A stretch of DNA of 64,000 bases. It comes from Ginglymostoma cirratum. Lineage: Eukaryota. The position numbers were made by a program, and so were the translations under genes. Every line of letters begins with the position of its first letter. Position 1 is the stretch's first letter. Positions 11,799 to 24,979 of the stretch are shown piece by piece. Location of the stretch: positions 2,366,928 through 2,430,927 of the forward strand of contig JAHRHZ010000068.1 of NCBI GenBank assembly GCA_024137785.1, written 5' to 3'. The notes under the pieces were generated by a model, which saw only the letters and a program-made list of their open reading frames with translations, was not told where the DNA came from and ran no database searches.

Positions 11799-14139
11799 CA
11801 TTGTTGATGATTAGGAAATCATTACAGAGGATATGCCTTCTTTAAAGGCTCATTTCTCAATCGTTCATTTATTCTTGGACTGACGTTAAGTGACTGCAGA
11901 AAAAAACTATTCTCCATGATTCATTATGCCATGCAACGTCTCAGAACATAATTCTGCCCATTTGATTCGTCTGCTACTTTGTGCTGTCAAATAAACGTTA
12001 ATGATGCTGTTTAAAGGCCTTTATTTCAGATGGAATTTTCAACAGAGATCAAGGAGAAAGTTGCCTTATATGCCATTTTACAAATTTTGGAGACGTTCTG
12101 TTCCAAAGGTGAAAGGGCAAGAGAACATTTTAAAATTAAAAAACATAATAGCAATCCTAAAGAAATATTTGTTTCTGCAGTGGTTTCTGTCATGGGAAAA
12201 TCATTCCTCCAATGAATATGTACAAGCCTCCTATCTTAGACGGACTTGCATTATTTCCCATTATGTCCCATTTCTCTTCTAGTCAGTAATAAGTGAATTC
12301 TGACACAGCATAACTGTACATGAGATGCAACCTGCAAAGTGAGGCTGAATATACTTGCTGCCGGGGGGGCTTTGTTGTTTTCATGCTCTATTTCAGGGCT
12401 TATAATTATGGACAAGCAAACTGTTTATGGCTTCTTTAAGTTGAGACAGAATCACACTCAGTTGTGAGTCTCTCATCGGTTTAATTGACTTGTAATTCTC
12501 AACCTCTGGACTGCCATATAAAAATGGCTGCCTGGTTAATGAGGAGGAAGCTACATCTTATGAACTGTAAACCATTAAGAGATGAATTCAGGGCAAGAAG
12601 AAGCTAAGAAGTAAAAACAAGTGATGTAATTCTGGGTCCTGCAAGAATATGTTGCCACACATTACAAAAATTGAGCGCAATGGCATTTTTGTTGATCCAG
12701 CAACATTATGATTCAATTAACATCTATAGGCCTAAAGCAGAAAAGCTGCATGTAAAACCTTCTGGAAAAGATGAACATGGCCTTTTATCTTTTGAATTTC
12801 CATTGCCTGTGCATTCTGATTCTTTTTTCTTATTTCGATCCATTGACTTTTTGTTAACCACATTCACTTGGACATCACTTGTTATAGGCCTCAATAGGCA
12901 TTTGATGTAGCCAAACAGAGTTACAATTAGAACACTAAAAGGTTTCATGGTTCACTACCAGGACAGTTCACAATGTCAAATTCCTAACAGTCTCAGCTCA
13001 GTTTAAAGAGAAGTCAGTCATTTATCAGGCCATCCAAGAGCTGTAATCAGTAAACATCTAGAGAGCATTTCTTTTCATGTAACTCACCCATCTTACAAGT
13101 CCTCAATGATTGTAATAAAGTATGACAGCAATAACATGAAGGGATATTGTACTAATTAGCCAACATTTTTGTCTGGTTTGAAAATATTTTTTAGCCTTAT
13201 AATTGACTATTCAATGAAATCTCACATGTAATGAGACTTCAGTACATTAAAGGTGAATTTGAGTACTATTATACTGTAGGCAACCTTCCTCTAAAAAATA
13301 TTTAATTATTTATACAGAGAATGAACTTAATGTTAAAAAGATTTAGGACACGTCTGCAATAGAATTTTTAAGCAGTAAAGTGTCACTTTTTTCACATTTT
13401 GTCATGACAATTAAAGACAAAACTTAATTTTATTCAAAAGAGTAACAAATGGCCTAGCAGCCTGCTCACACACAAGAATGGGTGCACGGTGGGGTACAGC
13501 ATGAATTATATTTAGCGTTTTGTAAGGCTGTTCAAGCCAGGCAAAATTTGTACAGGGACCATACTGCCAGCCCAAACCCATTAACTAATTGTCTCCTGGA
13601 TTGTTTGGGGTCTGAGAAAAACATGTAAAAGTAATCATCATCTTCTTAAAGGGAAGCTGCATTCTGCCATAGACGGCAGGAAAATGCCAGAAGCAAAATA
13701 ACTTTAAGAGCTGCAGGAAGGGCAATATGGATTTCCAATGCAACGTTACAGGCATTGGGAATGGTTCTGGTTTGGGGCAGAAAGGGTTTCAAATAATCTC
13801 TCCTCAAGGAAATCACTAAACAGGTCAATGCCATGACCTTTGCTGCAAGGATGCAATGGGGAGAGAAATCGAACAATTGCAGCATGTTAGCCAGGTAAGA
13901 ACCCAATTCTCATCTCATTTACTCTATCCTAGCATATGCTGCTGCAGTATTTACAATATGTCCCAATGTGACCTCCTTTACTCTCCTACCTTGACTGTAT
14001 CACATATCATTTCAACATCTCTTCCTCCTACAGTTCACATTCTCCACCTCCAATTTTCATCAGTGAAGCAATTCTCACTTCTTCACACCTCACATTTTGT
14101 ACGCAAACTCTACCCTGGCCTAATCTCCCATAGCTTTCT

Positions 14140-14990
14140 CCTCTCTTCTTTGGCTGTCCCTCTTGGTTGAAGATGACTTTCTCTGGTGTGCGGTGAAGAT
14201 GGTGGTGTTTCTGTGGTGGCTGAATCATCCAATCATGTAGCCGCAGACTCTGCCGTTGGTGGGCAGGTGGGGTTTGAGGTAGGTAGGTGGGTGGATGAGA
14301 AGCTTTGGATTCTGGTACACTCTTTCTGCTGCTTACACTTGGCCTTCACATCCTCCATTGGTGGTGCTCAAAGGGATTGGTTCCTTCATAGATGCTTCTT
14401 TACCAGCTTGTATGTTCTAGGGCATGTAATTCTCACGGCTGGGTGCTGATGTTGCATTTGCTTAAACAGGCTTCCGGGGTGATCTTGTAATGTTTGCTCT
14501 GCCCTCCTAGTAACCTATTCACCCATTGTACACATACATTCTCAATACACTCACACTCTTTACTTTCTTGTAGTGGAAAGTTGCACTCAATGTAATTGTA
14601 GCATTTGGTGGTAAGTGGAGGAGAGCCATTCAACCTGCATGCTCTTAGGCTGGGGACGATGGACATTGGGTGTGACAACTTGCAGGACTGGTGAATATGT
14701 TGCGTCAAATTTCTTCGCACCATTAGCTCTATTTCCCTTTTCACTTCTATCCAAATAGGCAGTCTGCATGACTGCCTGCAGAAACTTCCAGCTGGTACAT
14801 ATCCCTCTCAGGTCTTCTTTGTAGCTAAAGTTGCATCCCTCTCTCACATTTCAAGTGCCAAATGTTTTGAGATCTGTGTCCCATGTCAAGAAGAGTGAAT
14901 TAGCCATCCTGAAATTGCAACATTATTCGACTGACCATAACTGTGTCAGCCTGAGCTGAGCACACATCTGCCTTTCATTGTCTGACTTCC
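14140..14990 (-). mobile_element. RTE-clade LINE remnant (3' end, possibly joined to a 5' endonuclease start)
   Basis: Minus strand encodes GGQSKHYKITPEACLSKCNI and a decayed C2H2 knuckle (CP..GRVCG..IG*FSH.R.H). The 3'UTR is gtcatcttcaaccaagagggacagccaaagaag. At 14842-14859 it reads GT*NVR, resembling the APE N-terminal GTWNVR motif. Confidence 0.7.
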
Positions 14991-15300
14991 TGAAAAGAGT
15001 CACAAACCATGGCTAGGTTAGTTATCTGCTGTGACAGAGAACTAAACTGCTGTTTAAGGAAATGCTATCCCTTTCCACTGAGAAACAATATGCTAAACTG
15101 GTGATTGGCATCACACAAGTTGTCAATAACACCCTAAGAAATTCTGCAATGCAACTGATTCCCAATGCTCCCTCAGACTGCTTGCCTCTGTCCATTGTCA
15201 CTTTGTTATGTATTCCTCTTGGTGTAGATCCAGTAAAATAGACCATCTGGGAAATATCACTGTAGTCATTATAGCATTGCTGAATTTCTAGCTTAATATT

Positions 15301-16561
15301 TGGCTCTGTGAGGGGCAGGTCATGCCTCTCAAGCCTTATTGAATTCTTTGGGGATGTGACAAAACACATCGATGAAGGTAGAGCAGTAAATGTGGTGTAT
15401 ATGGATTTTAGCAAGGCATTCGATGAGGTTCCACATGGTAGGATCATTCAGAAGGTAAGGAGGCATGGCATTCAGGGAAATTTGGCTGTCTGGATACAAA
15501 ACTGGCTGTCCAATAGAAGACAGAGGTTGGTAGTAGATGGAAAGTATTTAGCCTGGAGCTCATTGTCCAGTGGTGTTCCACAGGGATCTGTTCTGGGACC
15601 TCCGCCCTTTGTGATCTTTATAAATGACTTGGATGAGGAAGTGGAAGGTTGGGTTAGTAAGTTTGCTGAGGACACGAAGGTTGGTGGAGTTGTGGACAGT
15701 ATGGAGGGCTGCTGTAGGTTGCAATGGGACATTGACAGGATGCAGAGCTGGGCAAAGAAATGGCAGATGGAATTCAACCCAGAAAAGTGTGAAGTGACTC
15801 ATTTGGGAAGGTCGAATTTGACTGCAGAATACAGGGTTAATGGCAGGATTCTTGGCAGTGTGGAGGAACAGAGGGACCTTGGGGTCCATGTCCATAGATC
15901 CCTCAAAGTTGCCACCCAAGCTGATAGGGTTGTACAGAAGGCGTATGGTGCATTGGCTTTCATTGCTAGGGGAATTGAGTTTAAGAGCTGTGAGGTTATG
16001 CTGCAGCTCTATAAAACTCTGGTTCGACCACACTTGGAATATTGTGTTCAGTTCTGGTCACCTCATTATAGGAAAGATGTGGAAGCTTTAGAACGGATGC
16101 AGAGGAGTTTTACCGGGATGCTGCCTGGACACGAGGGTAGGTCTTATGAGGAGAGGTTGAGGGAGCTAGGGCTTTTTTCATTGGAGTGAAGAAGGATGAG
16201 GGGTGACTTGATAAAGGTTTACAAGATGATGAGAGGTATAGATAGAGTGGATAGTCAGAGACCTTTTTCCCAGGGCGGAAATGACTATTATGAGGGGGCA
16301 GAATTTTAAGGTGATTGGAGGAAGGTATAGGGGAGATGTCAGAGGTAGATTCTTTACACAGAGAGTGGTGGGTGTGTGGAATGCGCTGCTGGCAGTGACA
16401 GTGGAGTCAGATACTTTAGGGACTTTTAAGCGACTCTTAGATAGGAGGATAGTAAAATGTAGAGTATGCGGGGTAGATTGATCTCAGTAGGATAACAGGC
16501 CGGCACAACATCGTGGGCCGAAGGGCCTGTACTGTGCTGTACTGCTCTATGTTGTATGTTC
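15301..16561 (+). mobile_element. 5'-truncated CR1 LINE (RT domain to 3' tail)
   Basis: ORF 15308-16189 has GRSCL, YMDFSKAFD, SGVPQGSVLGP and KFAED (catalytic FADD mutated). After a TGA at 16187 it continues to FFTQRVVGVWNAL. The 3'UTR is gggccgaagggcctgtactgtgctg. Possible TSD taatatt at 15294-15300 and 16562-16568. Confidence 0.97.
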
Positions 16562-17640
16562 TAATATTCTGAATTTGTTTCTCTAATGTGATTGTGAGAT
16601 GATTACCAATTTTTGTCTACCATTTGATATTAGTTTTGCTCCATCCTCAAGTGTGCTTCTGTTTGTTGACAAACTGACTAACATTGAAAAGTAAATAATA
16701 AAAATATTTATGAACTCTATTAACTAGAGAAAATTCAAAATAGGACAGGAGTGTTATCACTTTGTTTACCAACAAACTGGAATACACACCAGCAAGCACC
16801 ATCATACTTATTGAGATCATGAAATTGTTGTATGATGTTCCAGGATTGTTTGAGACTATGCATACTGATAAACGTCAATATTTTGAATTAACATTAAGGA
16901 CACATCTACAAGTTTTATAATGTATTGTGGGTGCTTGATTCTATGAAGTATAGTAACGAAATGGCATTGAGTTTCTCCATTGATCCAATCACAGATATAC
17001 CAAGGCATAATAGTGCATTGCATTCACTTTACTCCAGAGTTATGGTAAATCTGAAAATACAAAGAATCACAAAATTCCAACAATGTGACAATATTGTAAC
17101 TCTACATAAAAAAACCTACAAGTTCCCCTCCAATTCACACACCACTTTAACTTAGAAGTACATTGCCATTCCTTCATCATTGCTGCTCTAATGTATATGT
17201 GTCTTTAAAGGTGCTTGTCTTAAATGGCTGTCAATCAAAGTTTGTGACGTAGAATCCCATGACTCTGGAGGTGGAAGACAGCAGCAACTCTCATGCCCCA
17301 AACAAGCCCATTCTCAATTTTTTTTTGAGTGACACCTTTCTGGAATGAACATTGTCCCAAAGAGAACAGTTATCCATATAATATTCTATCTGCAAATTTC
17401 TCTCAGAATGCTCCTTGTATAAAGTTTCCTTCAAAATATCAGACAAGCACACCCCAATTTCTCTTGCTTCTATCAGTGGCCACGTTTCAGCAGCTAAGTT
17501 GCTTTTTATTTTTTCAGCTTCTCAGACCAATGGACAACATTTACAATTCTTTCCCACCAAAAATATGATAAATCCTGCCATACTAGAATATCTGTTTGGA
17601 AGATTGACATGTAAAACATGGCTAAAAATGACTAACTTCG

Positions 17641-17772
17641 TGGAGTCTTAGAGCATGGAACAGACCTTTCAGTCCAATGAGTACATGCCAGACATAATCC
17701 CAAACTAAACCAATCCTACCTGCCTTCTCCTGGACCATATCTGTCCAGACTTTCCTAAATATGTACTTATTG
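17641..17772 (-). mobile_element. CR1 3' end fragment
   Basis: Reverse complement contains attggactgaaaggtctgttccatgctct, a CR1 3'UTR motif. Confidence 0.75.
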
Positions 17773-18404
17773 TAAGGAACGTATTTTACAGTTATTTTTG
17801 TTTTTTTAATTGTGAACTGATAGAGCAAATTACTGCGTTAAAAGTGAAACGTTGTGAAAAGACTTATGCACTTTTGAAAAAATGTTGCTTGAACCTATCG
17901 AAAGAGCAGTATGCACTACAGTTTGTTTAAGATAATTAGTTGTAGACAAAATAGTGCCAGGCAGTGCGTACATAATGGAATTCACTTGGCCAACATGTAA
18001 CTGTTTGGTCTGTGGAGTAGGTGACTATTTATTGTTGACAAAGGCCTTCCGTCTGCCAAGAGCTATATGTGTGGTTCCCAGGTATTTGAAAAACTTGGTG
18101 GATGTGAACAAGGTAGCAGAAGCTATTGGTCCTCCACAAAGGAAGGCACTGTCCTTTTCTCTATCGTTGAAAACACCTCAAAACTGAAGAAAGCCAATTT
18201 ATATCCCCTTGTCATTTGCTGCAAGCCGTGGCTTTTAAACCAATAAGTCAGAGACTGTTTAAACATGAACTAGTTGCTCTGCACCTTCTGCAAGCAAGTC
18301 AAAGTATCTGGAGAAGGACTCTTAATGAGCAGCAATTCCTAACAAGCTAAAAGGATCATCTCAGTGAACCCTACAGTCATCATCCATTAAAATGCCATCC
18401 CACT

Positions 18405-18533
18405 TGTTAAGGCATGTGGGCCAAGTTCTAGATAATGAAATTAGAATAGTTAGGTTGCTGATTTTGACCAACACAGACTCGATTGGCCAAAGGGCCTTTT
18501 TATTCACTCTAGATTACTAAGACTGTATGACTC
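18405..18533 (+). mobile_element. CR1 3' end fragment
   Basis: cacagactcgattggccaaagggcc followed by a tatgactc-type tail. Confidence 0.65.
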
Positions 18534-19778
18534 CCTCTGTTCATGACACCTGGATTTTTGGTGCCTGTATGTATGTGCGTACGTAGAGGGAGATTTATGA
18601 AAGGATTAGAGTTTTAACTAGTAAAAATATACATTGACAGTTCGTAATAGTTTCCATGTCACTAATGATATTCAATGCCATATCTAAAACAACTGTTAAT
18701 CATTCTCTGAGCATTTATGGGATCCATTCTCCTGTTGTAGTCCCTCAGTATCTGTTATCTGTCATAACTACCCAAGGTGTCTTTATCAACACTCCCTCTG
18801 GTTCTGATCCTGCTTTCATTTGATGCACGAGTCGTATACTTGGGCAGTCTCAAATATAACTGAATCCTCAATTTTTTGTGTGACTGCTGTATGTCCCATT
18901 TGTGCATTCAAAGCTGGTGGAAAGTAATGTTTTCCAAGTTGTTCTTTTAAAGTTTGTGACATCTGTCTCAATCATATTTCTTTCTAAAAATTTAACTCCA
19001 ACTAATATCACATTCGACATCTTAGCACAATCCAATAATTTGATGACAAGTACTGAGTTAGAAATCTACAAGCAGAACACATGCAGCCTTGCACATGACC
19101 TGTAAATTCCATGTTATAGTCCTGCATATAATATCTGTACAGCTTGTCAAAATTTATCTTCAAACTTTTAGCAATATCCAATTGTTAAGCTCCTATCTCT
19201 GAGAACACGTTACACCTGGTCCTGCTTCTAGCAGGAAGCAAAATACCAAAGCCATATTTGACCTTTGTCTTGATGAAGACATAATCTGTGTCTACATACA
19301 CACGTGATTGATCAGCAGACTCAGCTTCACAAAAACATTTTAAAAAGACAAAAAACAGAATCAGGCATCTACCCTCGCCCATTACTGGCCCCAACACACA
19401 CCCTTCAGCCAAGGCAATGACATCATTTGTTTCACCAGTAGGTCCAAAAACCCCTCCACCCAGGACCAAAAACCATCTTCCCTCACCACCAGGCAAAACA
19501 CCCTGCTGCCAAACCTGACACCACCCTTTCCCCTGGATGTGACAGCAACCCCCAGCTACCAAACCCAACACCCTGCTCCCTGCCATTATACCTAACACTT
19601 CCCACCATGCCTTTTACTGATAGTCAACCCCTTCCACCTGGTACCTGACACTCCACCCAACTCCATGAAACCCAACAGCCCCACTTCCCTGCCGGACTGA
19701 ATAACCCCTGCCAACTCCTAACTACACAAAACACTTCGTTTCTTGCTTGACCACATTTCACACCTGGCCCCCTATTTA

Positions 19779-20090
19779 CCTAATACTCAATCACCTAATA
19801 CTCACTCCACCTAATACTCACTCCACCTAATACTCACTCCACCTAATACTCACTCTGCTCAGCACTCACTCTACTCAACACTCACTTTGTTCAACACTCC
19901 TTCTACCACTCAATCCACTTATCACTCACTCTACTCAACACTCACTCCCCCAAATACTCACTTCACCGAAAACTCACTCTACTCAACACTCACTCCCCCG
20001 AATACTCACTTCACCGAAAACTCACTCTACTCAACACGCACTCCACCAAACACTCATCTACTCAACACTCACTCCAATGAGCACTCAGTC
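19779..20090. repeat. 16-bp minisatellite with 48-bp higher-order repeat
   Basis: cctaatactcactcca occurs about 4-5 times and drifts to ctcaacactcactcta. The 48-mer ctcactctactcaaca-ctcactcccc(c)(a/g)aata-ctcacttcaccgaaaa is duplicated from about 19925. Confidence 0.9.
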
Positions 20091-21570
20091 CACCTGTCAC
20101 CTTAACCAGCTGGCACCCTGGCACCCTACCCCTACTCACTTGGCAAGCTGTCCATCTTGAACCCTAACCTCAAGTGATTTATGTACTTTTCCCTTTCATA
20201 AGAGCTGACTATGTGTCTGTCTGTGCTGCTTGACACTTCAATCACAGAATTCAGCAACTACTGGTATGGAAAAGGAAATGTGTTTTGGCTTCTCCTAACT
20301 ATCTTGCAGTGTGAGGAACCATCAGATTGAAAATGTGTTCCACGTTTCTGAAGAAACCCTGATCAGAATCTCTTGCCAGAAATGTCAAGCTCTATTGTAA
20401 CGTAAAAAAGTTGCAGCAGAGTATCAATTGATGCCATTCCTTAGAAATCTGTCCTAATATTTAATAAAAGCAGTTTTTTTTTAGCCAATCCAATTCAGGA
20501 AGTCAGTTCATGATGCGAGATGATTGGGCACAGGTTTCTTTTTCTGGTTTCTGGACTGAAATTTTTCTAACATTTTCAGTCTTGCTTTTTCTGCTCTAAA
20601 CCATAAGTAATCAAGGTTTATTAGCTCATGTGAGCCATTATCTGCCATGCATGGTCAGAGACATACTGAACTCAAATTGGCTTATAAAAGCATGCACAGT
20701 TCATTTTGCATTGATAAGTATTGTCCTTTCAGTTCCAAAAAAACCCCCACATCTTTTCATTTCCTTCATTTCTGGACAGTGGGCTTAAAAAAAAACTGCT
20801 TTAAACCAAGGAGACTATGCAAAAAGGTGGTTACCATTTTAAAAAGCCATGGTTACTGGAACAAATTGTGATTCGTATACAGACTTAAATTTAGATTAAA
20901 GTGTGCAGGAAATTTTGACCATTGTGCAAGAGAACAATGAAATATAGGCAAATTCTGTGCAATGAAATAAACATAATAGCATAGAACATATGTTAATAGT
21001 TTGCAACGTAGCATCATTGCCCAGTGACGGAAAGACTGAGGATATATAGATAGCCCTTGTACAAGAGAATCCAAAGTAGTTATTGAGTCTTATGCCACAG
21101 ATTCACAAGTTTTGAGGATGATTTAATTGAAGAGGCAATGCTAAAGTATTTATTTGCATCAGAATTGCAGAAGACTCTAATCCAAGAGTATTGTCATGGG
21201 ATTCATGGTAACCCTAACTTTAGATACTGACGCAATGAACTTCACTTGAGAACCAAATGAACTTGACCTTTTTATTCTGTTTCAAATGAAGATTTAAATA
21301 CAATCATTGGGTGTTATTATCCTAGATTAACATTTTTTTTGGAGTAAAATACTGGCTGGAGTAAGTTAATAGAATTTCTTGATTATGAAAAATACTTCTT
21401 GTTGGAAGTTTTAAATCTCAGAATGCAAGACTGTTCAGGTGGAGGCTACTAATTCAATCTTTCAACATACAAACTTGTTCACATTTCTGGTAAGGAAGTT
21501 GCCTTGTACTGAACACAAGCATGGGGCTGGATGAACACAGCAGGTCAAGCAGCATCATAGGAGCAGGAAA

Positions 21571-21606
21571 ACTTGACGTTTCGGGCCTAAACCCTTCATC
21601 AGAAAT
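21571..21606 (-). ncRNA. Minimal type-I hammerhead ribozyme motif (inverted arm)
   Basis: Exact reverse complement of 22251-22286. Confidence 0.65.
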
Positions 21607-22250
21607 GGGGGAGGGGAAGAGGGTTCTGAAATAAATAGGGAGAGAGGGGGAGGCGGATAGAGGATGGATAGAGGANNNNNNNNNNNNNNNNNNNNNNNNN
21701 NNNNNNNNNNNNNNNNNNNNNNNNNNNNNNNNNNNNNNNNNNNNNNNNNNNNNNNNNNNNNNNNNNNNNNNNNNNNNNNNNNNNNNNNNNNNNNNNNNNN
21801 NNNNNNNNNNNNNNNNNNNNNNNNNNNNNNNNNNNNNNNNNNNNNNNNNNNNNNNNNNNNNNNNNNNNNNNNNNNNNNNNNNNNNNNNNNNNNNNNNNNN
21901 NNNNNNNNNNNNNNNNNNNNNNNNNNNNNNNNNNNNNNNNNNNNNNNNNNNNNNNNNNNNNNNNNNNNNNNNNNNNNNNNNNNNNNNNNNNNNNNNNNNN
22001 NNNNNNNNNNNNNNNNNNNNNNNNNNNNNNNNNNNNNNNNNNNNNNNNNNNNNNNNNNNNNNNNNNNNNNNNNNNTCCTCCCTGGACTGACCTATCTCCT
22101 CCCTACCCCCCTACCTACACTCACCTTTACTGGCTCCATCCCCGCCTCTTCGACTTGTCTGCCTCCTCTCCACCTATCCTCTCCTCTATCAATCCTCTAT
22201 CCGCCTCCCCCTCTCTCCCTATTTATTTCAGAACCCTCTTCCCCTCCCCC

Positions 22251-22286
22251 ATTTCTGATGAAGGGTTTAGGCCCGAAACGTCAAGT
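22251..22286 (+). ncRNA. Minimal type-I hammerhead ribozyme motif
   Basis: attt CTGATGA A GGGTT TA GGCCC GAAA CG TC aagt: complete core, 5-bp helix II (3 GC + 2 GU), minimal helix III and 4-bp helix I. Predicted cleavage after C22282. Activity untested. Confidence 0.7.
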
Positions 22287-24139
22287 TTTCCTGCTCCTAT
22301 GATGCTGCTTGACCTGCTGTGTTCATCCAGCCCCATGCTTGTTATCTTGGATTCTCCAGCATCTGCAGTACCTTTTATCTCTGCCTTGTACTGAATGTAA
22401 CTTATGGAATATTTTAAGGATTTGAAAGACGTTAAAATATTCCAGGAGACTTGAATAAGGGGAGCAGTGAGGATGGATGGATGGAGACCTTGCTGTTGCT
22501 GTCTGTATGACACATACCTTGTGTTGAGATGAATTTTGAAATTAGATTAAGGTAGTAAAGATCACATGCTTCTATTTCCTTCACTTTTCGGACAGTGAAA
22601 AGGAGAATGCTGCTTTAAAGCAAAGAGACTGTGCAAAGAGCTGGCTGAAATTTTAAGAACCATGCTTACTGAAGCACATTGTATACAAATCACAATGTTA
22701 AGTTTCCCCTAGAACAGTGACAGCAAAATCTGATGCCACGGTGTCAATCAATTCCGAACTTAGGGAAAACTACTTGCCAACAGCACGTTGATTATCTCCT
22801 AACTAGATGACCATGGCTTGTGTGGAGCCAGTGCTGCAGAGAATTAGCCAGCTTGCAAAAACAAATATTCAAAAAATCTCTATATCTCTCTCTCTGTCTT
22901 CTGTAGGAACTAGAAAGTCACCAGTCGTAGCTAATTGCCTCCCACTCATTTTCGTCTGTAAATCCCCTATTGAAGGAGAAGTAAAACATCTTTAACGCAG
23001 TGAAAGAGCAATTTCTCAGCCAGCAAATAAAAGACAGCATTGGTGTGCATACAACCTCATCTCAGTTATCTCATTGGATGGCTTGATTAAATCTTTTCAC
23101 AACTGCAGGAATAGTGGGGCTTGATTTCATCTCAAGACCCTAGGAGGTTGTGATACTTGGCTTCTTCAAAATTAACGCTCACCTGACAGATATCACTTGT
23201 ACTTTTATTGTTTGACATGACTTTATAAGATCATCCCTGGGATATCTAATGAAAGTGAAATTGCAATTTAAGGTCAGCTCTTTTGTATCAATTTGTCTCT
23301 CTTAGATTATCAACTCCATCTGCCATTACCAAGATAAGATGGCACCAATGAGGTATTTAAGCATCTGCTTAGAAAATGTAGTGTCATCTCCTAGTGATTT
23401 ACTATCAACCTAAATGTCCCAATTAATACATCTAAAATGATCAAATAAGACTATCAAACTTGTTACAGAACACAATTCCAAAGTTTTATATATCCAAGAA
23501 TTTTTTATTTTAAATTATTCATTCATGGGATGTGCACGTCACTAACTGGTTTGAACAATATGATTGACCAGACATTAACAAATATAATCTTATCTTCAAA
23601 TGAAAAACACACATTATTATCTTACCAACCCTTGTCATATGATTGGCACATTTGTGTTAAAGAGAAGAGTTAGCAGGCATTGGATCAAAAACCTAGAACC
23701 CACTTCCTAACAACATTGTGAGAGTACCTACATGATTAGTATTTTATATAACTGACTGTCCAATTCAAGGACACAAGGCCAACATCCAGCTTCAGAGGAA
23801 TGCCAGACCGGTTTAGTGTAGACCCTGTCCAGTTCCTATGCTCTAAGGAAGAAAGTAGGGTAAGAACTGAAAGGATATTATTGTAAAAATTGAACAGTCT
23901 ATGCCAGCAGTGCAAATATCAGGGGCAAATGTTAGTTAGATTATGTGAAGATTTTAAATTGACCGTATATCAGGTACTAGAAAAGCAGTGCAGGCAGAAA
24001 GAGAGTTATGATACGATTCATGTGAGAAAAAGTAGTCTGAAATAGAACTAGAATGTTAACATGAATGAATATCGCATAAATGAAGAATGGTCCTTACACT
24101 TGTTTATTTAAGATGTTTGGTATGAAGGTGAGGTTGGTT

Positions 24140-24372
24140 CAGCAGGCTCAAGAACAGCATCTTCCCTGCCATTATTAGACTGATGAATGGACTGTCTAAC
24201 TTCAAATAATATTGATCTTGTTAATGTCGATCTTGCTTCATGCACCTCCTGTGCGATGTAACCTGTATGTCTCCTCTGTCTAAGCACCTTATGATCTGTA
24301 TGTCCTTGCTTAGTATGATCTGCCTGTGCTGCACGTAAACAGGCGTACAAATGACTACAATAAATCAAATCA
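24140..24372 (+). mobile_element. Rex1/Babar LINE 3' end
   Basis: Encodes RLKNSIFPAIIRLMNG (the clade's R.KNSFFP.AIRL.N C-terminal motif) and ends caataaatcaaatca. Confidence 0.75.
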
Positions 24373-24979
24373 GTTGTCAAATCAATGTAGATCATATTTT
24401 TGACTTCAGACATTCATGAAGAAGGAGGAAGTTGGACAAAAACCAAACTAATTCTGTAGTTGTAATACAAGCAGAACACCAATAGTTGGTCTGATAAAAG
24501 TGGAGTGTGAAACCTGTTCAGGTTCAAATCTGAGAGACATATCTGATGAAAGTGAAATTGCAGTTTATGGTCAAGGGAAAATCGATTCTTGTTACTGAAA
24601 ACTTCTCAGTCTTGAGCCTAGGTAATCCAGGTCTTTCCACAAGTTCTGGATGTTTGAGTCAAGAAAGGAGAAAGTGCCTTCAAAACAGGAAACGAGGAGC
24701 TGAGATACATTTACAGTTGAATGTAAATTGAATGTTCTGTAACATTTTGAATATTATATAATATATTCATTAAAGAGAGAAGACTGTAATAGCAGTCTCT
24801 CGTGATTTTTTTAATGCAAGAATAAACTAGTTTGAGTTTGGTGTTGATTTTTCATGTGCTCCACTTGTTTTCGTCTGTCCTGCAAAGATATAAAAGACTC
24901 TTGTGGCCACAATGTTTATGTTAAATGATCAGTTGAGTTTAGTAATAGTGACTAGTCAATGTTCACAGTGGGGGGAGTC

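Larger units (their letters stand above)
21514..22381 (+). mobile_element. Truncated PLE (3'UTR/pLTR) with inverted pLTR copy, spanning an assembly gap
   Basis: 161-nt inverted arms at 21515-21675 and 22182-22342 with 1 mismatch. TSD tgccttgtactgaa at 21500-21513 and 22382-22395. Each arm has an intact hammerhead core. Confidence 0.9.

Noticed and set aside
15022-16033. Antisense ORFs over the CR1 (and over the PLE at 46.7-47.8 kb)
   Set aside because: Shadow frames of retroelement coding sequence.
19779-20090. CRISPR-like array
   Set aside because: Contiguous tandem units without unique spacers, eukaryotic context and no cas genes.
21664-22302. Long ORFs crossing N runs (also 47576-48386 and 61761-62265)
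   Set aside because: Artefacts of translating gaps.
21515-22342. Inverted arms as a pure assembly artefact or as a DNA-transposon MITE
   Set aside because: The 14-bp TSD, one arm mismatch and gap-free examples (3.5 and 57 kb) support a real structure. The arms are asymmetric, TSD length varies and the tail is attached to a PLE RT, which does not fit TIR transposons.
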